This document shows positions 7,552-12,369 of a DNA stretch of 12,369 nucleotides, in pieces. The first letter of the stretch is position 1. Each line of letters starts with the position of its first letter. The notes under the pieces were generated by a model. That model saw only the letters and a list, made by a program, of their open reading frames with translations. It did no database searches and had not been told where the DNA came from. Source of the stretch: Pseudomonadota bacterium (GTDB lineage: Bacteria > Desulfobacterota > Desulfobacteria > Desulfobacterales > RPRI01); assembly GCA_043825875.1 (NCBI GenBank), contig JBDRRF010000058.1, positions 1 to 12,369 on the forward strand, written 5' to 3'. Both the position numbers and the translations under genes were made by a program.

Positions 7552-9845
7552 TGGAAACATTTACTACTGATAATAAACATCAAGATAGTTATTCATCCAG
7601 AAGAATAATATTAATCTGTATTATTCTTTTTATTGTAACCTTTGCCGTATACTCTCAAGTTATATATCATGATTTTATCAATTTTGATGATGATATATAT
7701 GTAACAGATAATTTCAAAGTTATAAAAGGACTTCACACTGATAATTTGCCGTGGGCATTTAGTTTAACGGAAAAGCATGGTGTTCCATATTGGCATCCTC
7801 TAACATGGGTGTCTCATATGCTTGATTGCAGTCTTTTTGGCCTTAATGCCGGAATGCACCATTTAGTAAACCTGATCTTTCATATAACAAATACACTTCT
7901 TCTGTTTTATCTGTTAAATCTTACAACAGGTGCCATTTGGAGAAGTGCAATGGTCGCTGCGTTGTTCGCTATACATCCTCTTAATGTTGAATCTGTTGCA
8001 TGGATCGCCGAAAGGAAGAACCTTTTAAGCACCTTTTTCTGGATGCTTACAATGTTGTTTTATATTTATTACACAAAGCGTCAAAATATTATTACATTTA
8101 CTATCGTAATTATATCCTTTATTCTGGGACTTCTTGCAAAACCAATGCTTGTAACCCTTCCTTTTGTTTTTCTTCTTTTCGACTACTGGCCACTAGAAAG
8201 ATTTTCTTTAAATGAGTTTAAATCTCAAAAGGAGATCATTTTTCATCTTTTATTAGAGAAAGTCCCTTTTTTTATTATTTCATTATGTTCTGTTTATATT
8301 TCGTCAGTTTCATTGAATCTTCAAGGCAGCATAATAAGTACAAGCCATGTCCCAATTTGTCTCCGTCTGGAAAATTCGGTTGTTTCCTGTGTATCTTACA
8401 TAGGTAAAATGATATGGCCTTCCTATCTTTCAGTTTTTTATCCATTCCCACTAAGCATTCCGGAATGGAAAGTAATTACAGCTTTGACTTTGCTTATTGC
8501 AGTAACTGTTGTATTTGTGTTTGTTATGATAAAAAGGTTTCCTTATCTTACAACAGGATGGTTATGGTTTATAGGAACATTTATACCTGTTTCGGGACTT
8601 GTTCAAGCTGGCAAGTGGCCTGCAATGGCCGATCGTTGGGCATATATTCCATGTATAGGCCTGTTTATTATAATTTCATGGGGAGGATATGAGCTATTTA
8701 GCAGGTACCACTTTAAAAATATTGGGACGGCTATAGTTTCTTCTGTAATTATTATTGCACTTTCTGTAGTAACATTCATTCAGCTGACACACTGGGGTAA
8801 CAGTGAATCTCTTTATAAACATGCTCTACAAGTTACACCAAACAATTTTATTATTTTAAATAATATGGGTACCGCACTTATAAAGGATAAGAGATATTCA
8901 GATGCGGAAGTATATTTAAAAAAAGCCTTAAAATTAAAACCTGACTATTCAAAAGCTTATTTTAATCTTGGCACAGCGCTTTATAAACAGGGTTATCTAA
9001 AAGAAGCTGTAAAACATTATTCGGAAGCTTTACGAATTAATCCCGAGTATTCTGAACCATATTATAATTTAGGGCTTTTATTTTTCAAACAAAACAGGAT
9101 TGAGCAGGCAATTAAATATTATATTAAGGCAATTAAACTAAAGCCAGATTATGCAGAAGCTCATAATAACCTCGGCCTTGCATATTACAAGACAGGAATA
9201 ACCGGAAATGCTTTAAAACATTATTCGGAAGCTTTACGAATTCACCCTAATCTGGCTGAAGCACATAAAAATATCGGCAATCTCCTGTTTAATTCCGGTA
9301 ATTTTGATGCAGCCTTATCTCATTTTAAAAGAGCAGCAACAATAAATCCCAAAGACAAAAACATAGAAAAAGTAATAATAACGGCATTAAAAGCAAAAGA
9401 AAAATTTCAAAAGAAAGAAAAAAGACTTTTGGATATAATTGGCCTTAACCCGGACGATTATATTTGTCACACTGATCTTGGCAATTTTTATCTAAGTTAT
9501 AAAAAACTTAATTTAGCTATTAAACAGTATAAAAAAGCTTTAACAATTAATCCTGATGATCATTTAATTATCATAAAGCTTGCAAAAATATACGCAATGA
9601 AAGGTAATTATAACAAAGCTATTTCTGAAGCTAAAAGAGCAATAGCATTGAAACCTGATTATGCCTATGGATATTATTTCATCGCATCTATTTATTCTTT
9701 GTTAAATGATAAAGAAAAGTCGATAGAATGGCTCAAAAAGTCTGTTGATAAAGGTTATAATGACTGGTCTTATTTGCGTTCAGATAAAAATCTTTACAAC
9801 ATCCGAAGCACTTCATATTATATGGAACTTGCAAAAAAGAAATAA
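7551..9845 (+). CDS. TMTC-like (GT-C fold) membrane glycosyltransferase with long C-terminal TPR array
   Basis: 764 aa; FINFDDDIYV, YWHPLT, HPLNVESVAWIAERK, LAKPM, MADRWAYIP in the multi-TM half; about eight or more 34-aa TPR units (AYFNLGTALY, PYYNLGLLF, AHNNLGLAYY, AHKNIGNLL); terminal capping segment SIEWLKKSVDKGY...LRSDKNLYNIR. Confidence 0.85.
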   Translation: METFTTDNKHQDSYSSRRIILICIILFIVTFAVYSQVIYHDFINFDDDIYVTDNFKVIKGLHTDNLPWAFSLTEKHGVPYWHPLTWVSHMLDCSLFGLNAGMHHLVNLIFHITNTLLLFYLLNLTTGAIWRSAMVAALFAIHPLNVESVAWIAERKNLLSTFFWMLTMLFYIYYTKRQNIITFTIVIISFILGLLAKPMLVTLPFVFLLFDYWPLERFSLNEFKSQKEIIFHLLLEKVPFFIISLCSVYISSVSLNLQGSIISTSHVPICLRLENSVVSCVSYIGKMIWPSYLSVFYPFPLSIPEWKVITALTLLIAVTVVFVFVMIKRFPYLTTGWLWFIGTFIPVSGLVQAGKWPAMADRWAYIPCIGLFIIISWGGYELFSRYHFKNIGTAIVSSVIIIALSVVTFIQLTHWGNSESLYKHALQVTPNNFIILNNMGTALIKDKRYSDAEVYLKKALKLKPDYSKAYFNLGTALYKQGYLKEAVKHYSEALRINPEYSEPYYNLGLLFFKQNRIEQAIKYYIKAIKLKPDYAEAHNNLGLAYYKTGITGNALKHYSEALRIHPNLAEAHKNIGNLLFNSGNFDAALSHFKRAATINPKDKNIEKVIITALKAKEKFQKKEKRLLDIIGLNPDDYICHTDLGNFYLSYKKLNLAIKQYKKALTINPDDHLIIIKLAKIYAMKGNYNKAISEAKRAIALKPDYAYGYYFIASIYSLLNDKEKSIEWLKKSVDKGYNDWSYLRSDKNLYNIRSTSYYMELAKKK
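9010..9242 (+). repeat. Exact 29-bp direct repeat within the TPR array, 204-bp period
   Basis: TAAAACATTATTCGGAAGCTTTACGAATT at 9010-9038 and 9214-9242 (KHYSEALRI twice); 204 bp equals two 34-aa TPR units. Confidence 0.92.
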
Positions 9846-9865
9846 TTTACTCCCAAGGAAATTTC

Positions 9866-10668
9866 TTGAAAATAAATAACAATCTAAAACACACACTTTC
9901 CGAGAAGAATCAAACAATTGCTATTTGCCTGTTCATTGTCCTGATAACACTTTTTGTTTATGCCCAACTTATTTCATATGACTTTATTAATTTTGATGAT
10001 CCCCTTTATGTATATTCAAATAACAATATCAATTCTGGAATATCCTTAAAGAACATGTTTTGGGCGTTTGACTTTAATGAAGTGACTTACTGGCATCCTC
10101 TTACGCTTATTTCTCAAGTATACTGACTGAACAAATTAAACTAAAAAAAGTTTATTCGTTTTTATCAGGAGCACTTTGTTTATCAATTTTGATGCTGATC
10201 ACATATATACAGGTCGGATACTGGAAAAACAGCGCTATGCTTTTTGAGCACACATTAAAAGTAACGGAAAGCAACTTTCTTGCGCATAATAATATGGGCA
10301 GTTATTTGTTGAGAAAAGGAAATATAAAAGAAGCAAAACAGCATTTTTCAGATGCCCTTATCATAAACCCATATTTTGAAGAGGCTCTTAATAATACAGG
10401 TATTGTATACTTCACCGAAGGAAAATATTTAGAGGCTATAGATTATTACCGGAAAGCATTAAAATTAAACCCGGTTAACGCTGAAACTCTTAACAACATT
10501 GGAGTTGCTATGATTTATTCAGGAAATACTGATAAAGCTATTAAATATTTTACAAGGGCTCTTGAGATAAATCCTGAATATAAAAGCGCTTATGATAATC
10601 TTAAAAAAGCTTTAAAATTAAAAGCCGCTTTTGTAAATCAGAAGGAAAAACAAAAAGCTGTAAATTAA
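9866..10668 (+). pseudogene. Third TMTC-like TPR paralog with an out-of-frame internal deletion
   Basis: TTG 9866 has AAGGA 6 nt upstream. 9866-10116 aligns with residues 1-89 of the 7551 protein (DFINFDD, YWHPLT.IS). From about 10117 a different frame (SILTEQIKLKKVYSFLSGALCLSILMLITYIQVGYWKNS...) aligns with that protein's last TM helix and TPRs from about residue 380. About 290 codons are missing; the first frame stops at 10124-10126. Confidence 0.82.
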
Positions 10669-10754
10669 TTTTCCATTATATTTGATATTTTCATAAATTT
10701 AAGGCATTGTATCCATATTTAAGCTACTTACTAAACTTTTACAGGATATAAATA

Positions 10755-11642
10755 ATGCGCCCAAACAAAGTTTCAGTCATAGTACCGGTTTTTAATGAAG
10801 CAGAAATAATAGTAGGTCTTATTCATAAGATACAAGAGCTTTATCCTGATTATGAAGTTATCGTTATTAATGATGGTTCAACTGATAATAGCGCAAAACT
10901 TGCCGAAAAAGCCGGTGCTATTGTTTACAGCCATCCTTATAATATTGGCAATGGTGCAGCCATCAAAAGCGGAATGAGAGTAGCATCAGGAGATATATTA
11001 GTATTTATGGATGGGGACGGACAGCATGACCCGGCGGATATAGCAGGCTTAGTAAAATATATGCCGGATTATGACATGGTGGTTGGTGCAAGAAACATAA
11101 AAAATCATGCATCTTTTGGAAGAGCTATAGGAAACAGTTTTTATAACTGGCTGGCGTCTTATGTAGCAAAATTTTATATCAAAGATCTCACATCAGGATT
11201 CCGGGCTATAAAATCAAAGATAGCAAGAAACTTTTTAAACCTTATTCCAAATACCTACTCATATCCGACAACCCTTACCTTAAGCGTTTTAAGAAGTGGC
11301 TGGGCGGTGAAATACGTTCCTATAGAAATAAAGGAAAGAAAAACAGGTAAAAGCAGTATTAAGTTTTATAAAGACGGCGTCAGGTTTTTTATGATCATAG
11401 CAAAAATTTGCACTCTTTATTCTCCATTAAGAATTTTTCTTCCTGTAAGTTTTGTTATTTTTCTTCTTGGATTATCTAATTCCATATATACTTTATCGGT
11501 TCATAATAGGTTTACGAATATGAGCGCCCTTCTTTTAATGAGTTCAATCATTATCTTCATGATGGGACTTGTATCCGAACAAATATGCCAGATGAGACAT
11601 GAAGGACAGGAAGAAACCCACCTGCCAATTTCAAAGCAATAA
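10755..11642 (+). CDS. Family 2 glycosyltransferase, DPM1/polyprenol-phosphate sugar synthase-like, with two C-terminal TM helices
   Basis: VIVPVFNE, INDGSTD, GNGAAIKSG, MDGDGQHDP, VVGAR, DLTSGFRA; hydrophobic C-terminal hairpin; AGGA at 10743-10746 upstream of the ATG. Confidence 0.88.
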   Translation: MRPNKVSVIVPVFNEAEIIVGLIHKIQELYPDYEVIVINDGSTDNSAKLAEKAGAIVYSHPYNIGNGAAIKSGMRVASGDILVFMDGDGQHDPADIAGLVKYMPDYDMVVGARNIKNHASFGRAIGNSFYNWLASYVAKFYIKDLTSGFRAIKSKIARNFLNLIPNTYSYPTTLTLSVLRSGWAVKYVPIEIKERKTGKSSIKFYKDGVRFFMIIAKICTLYSPLRIFLPVSFVIFLLGLSNSIYTLSVHNRFTNMSALLLMSSIIIFMMGLVSEQICQMRHEGQEETHLPISKQ

Positions 11643-11681
11643 CACTGACACAAGTTCATTAATTCAAAAAACAGCCTGCAT

Positions 11682-11748
11682 TTCATATAATAACTTAATT
11701 ATTCATATAATAATATATATCAACCCATTAGCGGTTATTATATAATAA
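11682..11748. promoter_or_regulatory. Candidate operator region: direct repeats plus palindrome
   Basis: TTCATATAATAA at 11682-11693 and 11702-11713 (20-bp period); perfect 14-bp palindrome TTATTATATAATAA at 11735-11748 sharing the ATATAATAA core; TTGACC follows at 11757-11762. The very AT-rich context lowers significance. Confidence 0.3.
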
Positions 11749-11861
11749 TTTCTGTATTGACCTTTTATGCTATGTTAGTGTATTTAACATTAACAAAATA
11801 AATATCCTGGCCGGTTGAAAAATATGATGGGCAAATCGATTAACAATACCTGGAAATATTG

Positions 11862-12194
11862 ATGAAACAATATGTAATTGATGAACTAAGACACAATGAC
11901 TATGAAAAGATAAAGACATATCTTGGTGAAAACCTTGAACCTTCTGATATTTATGGAATTTACTGGCTGCCCATTGATAATAATTTTTTAGCCAAAGAAC
12001 AGGCAGCCCATATTAATTGTCAACCGTTTTTCTTTATTATCAGCCTTGAAGAGAAACTGATATCAATTGAGCTCCTGGTACGTACAAGAAACAGGGTTTC
12101 ATGTAATTGCATCGACTATGCCACTGAAAAGCAGAGAAACTGGCTTATCGGTTATATAGATGATATGCTGAATAGGCTTGAAGTTTCAGTTTAA
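11862..12194 (+). CDS. Small hypothetical protein with H-x2-C and C-x-C motifs
   Basis: 110-aa ORF (ATG 11862; alternative TTG 11859) with protein-like composition, AAHINCQP and VSCNCIDYAT. Resembles, from memory only, a conserved deltaproteobacterial hypothetical family. Confidence 0.72.
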   Translation: MKQYVIDELRHNDYEKIKTYLGENLEPSDIYGIYWLPIDNNFLAKEQAAHINCQPFFFIISLEEKLISIELLVRTRNRVSCNCIDYATEKQRNWLIGYIDDMLNRLEVSV

Positions 12195-12232
12195 TATGAA
12201 TTTAATGGGCTCGAAAAAGACTATCAACAGAG

Positions 12233-12369
12233 CCACTTTCAAAACGTTTCAGTTTGGTCAAGCTCAAGGCGGGAGAAAATTTCAACCACAGGAATACATT
12301 TAGTATTTCGAGGATTGAAATTTGAGCCCAACGCTTAAGATCGGCCAAAATGGGGCGTTTTGAAACTGG
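12233..12369. mobile_element. Hairpin MITE-like element reaching the window end
   Basis: 12233-12260 matches the reverse complement of 12342-12369 at 21/28 positions (CCACTTTCAAAACG / CGTTTTGAAACTGG, 13/14 at the ends); inner perfect stem AAATTTCAA (12277-12285) / TTGAAATTT (12315-12323); innermost AATAC/GTATT (12293-12307). Non-coding. Confidence 0.75.

Noticed and set aside
1397..8692. Short alternative-frame + strand ORFs (1397-1594, 2538-2837, 8000-8215, 8414-8692)
   Set aside because: Fully nested in well-supported genes, with no recognisable motifs.
10189..10668. Independent 159-aa TPR gene
   Set aside because: It starts in the middle of the last TM helix; homology to the 7551 protein continues upstream in frame to about 10117; the nearest AGGAG (10167-10171) is 17 nt from the TTG.
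10707..10737. Sigma70-like promoter TTGTAT...TAAACT before the GT2 gene
   Set aside because: 19-nt spacing and weak matches in AT-rich DNA.
3282..11686. Minus-strand ORFs (3282-3494, 4286-4702, 5942-6181, 6660-6893, 7110-7367, 11501-11686)
   Set aside because: Antisense shadows of longer motif-bearing genes; no independent support.

Overview
AT-rich bacterial window; gene content and intergenic repeats suggest a Desulfobacterota/deltaproteobacterial genome (inference). All credible genes lie on the + strand and form an apparent envelope glycosylation cluster. In order: a 5'-truncated TMTC-like GT-C membrane protein with TPRs (<1-2028), a VKOR-DsbA fusion (2308-3483), an ArnT/PMT-like GT-C membrane protein (3516-5237), a SAM-methyltransferase/GT2 fusion (5310-6758), a stand-alone SAM methyltransferase (6763-7551), a second full TMTC-like TPR protein (7551-9845), a third TMTC-like paralog broken by an out-of-frame internal deletion of about 0.87 kb (9866-10668), a DPM1-like GT2 (10755-11642) and a small His/Cys hypothetical protein (11862-12194). 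The main hypothesis is a bacterial TMTC-type protein O-glycosylation system with lipid-phosphate-sugar donor synthesis, sugar methylation and its own disulfide-formation module; no acceptor gene is visible in the window. Non-coding DNA contains a nested set of palindromic miniature elements with a target-site duplication (2043-2253) and a hairpin MITE-like element that runs off the right end (12233->12369). No rRNA, tRNA, CRISPR array or transposase was seen.
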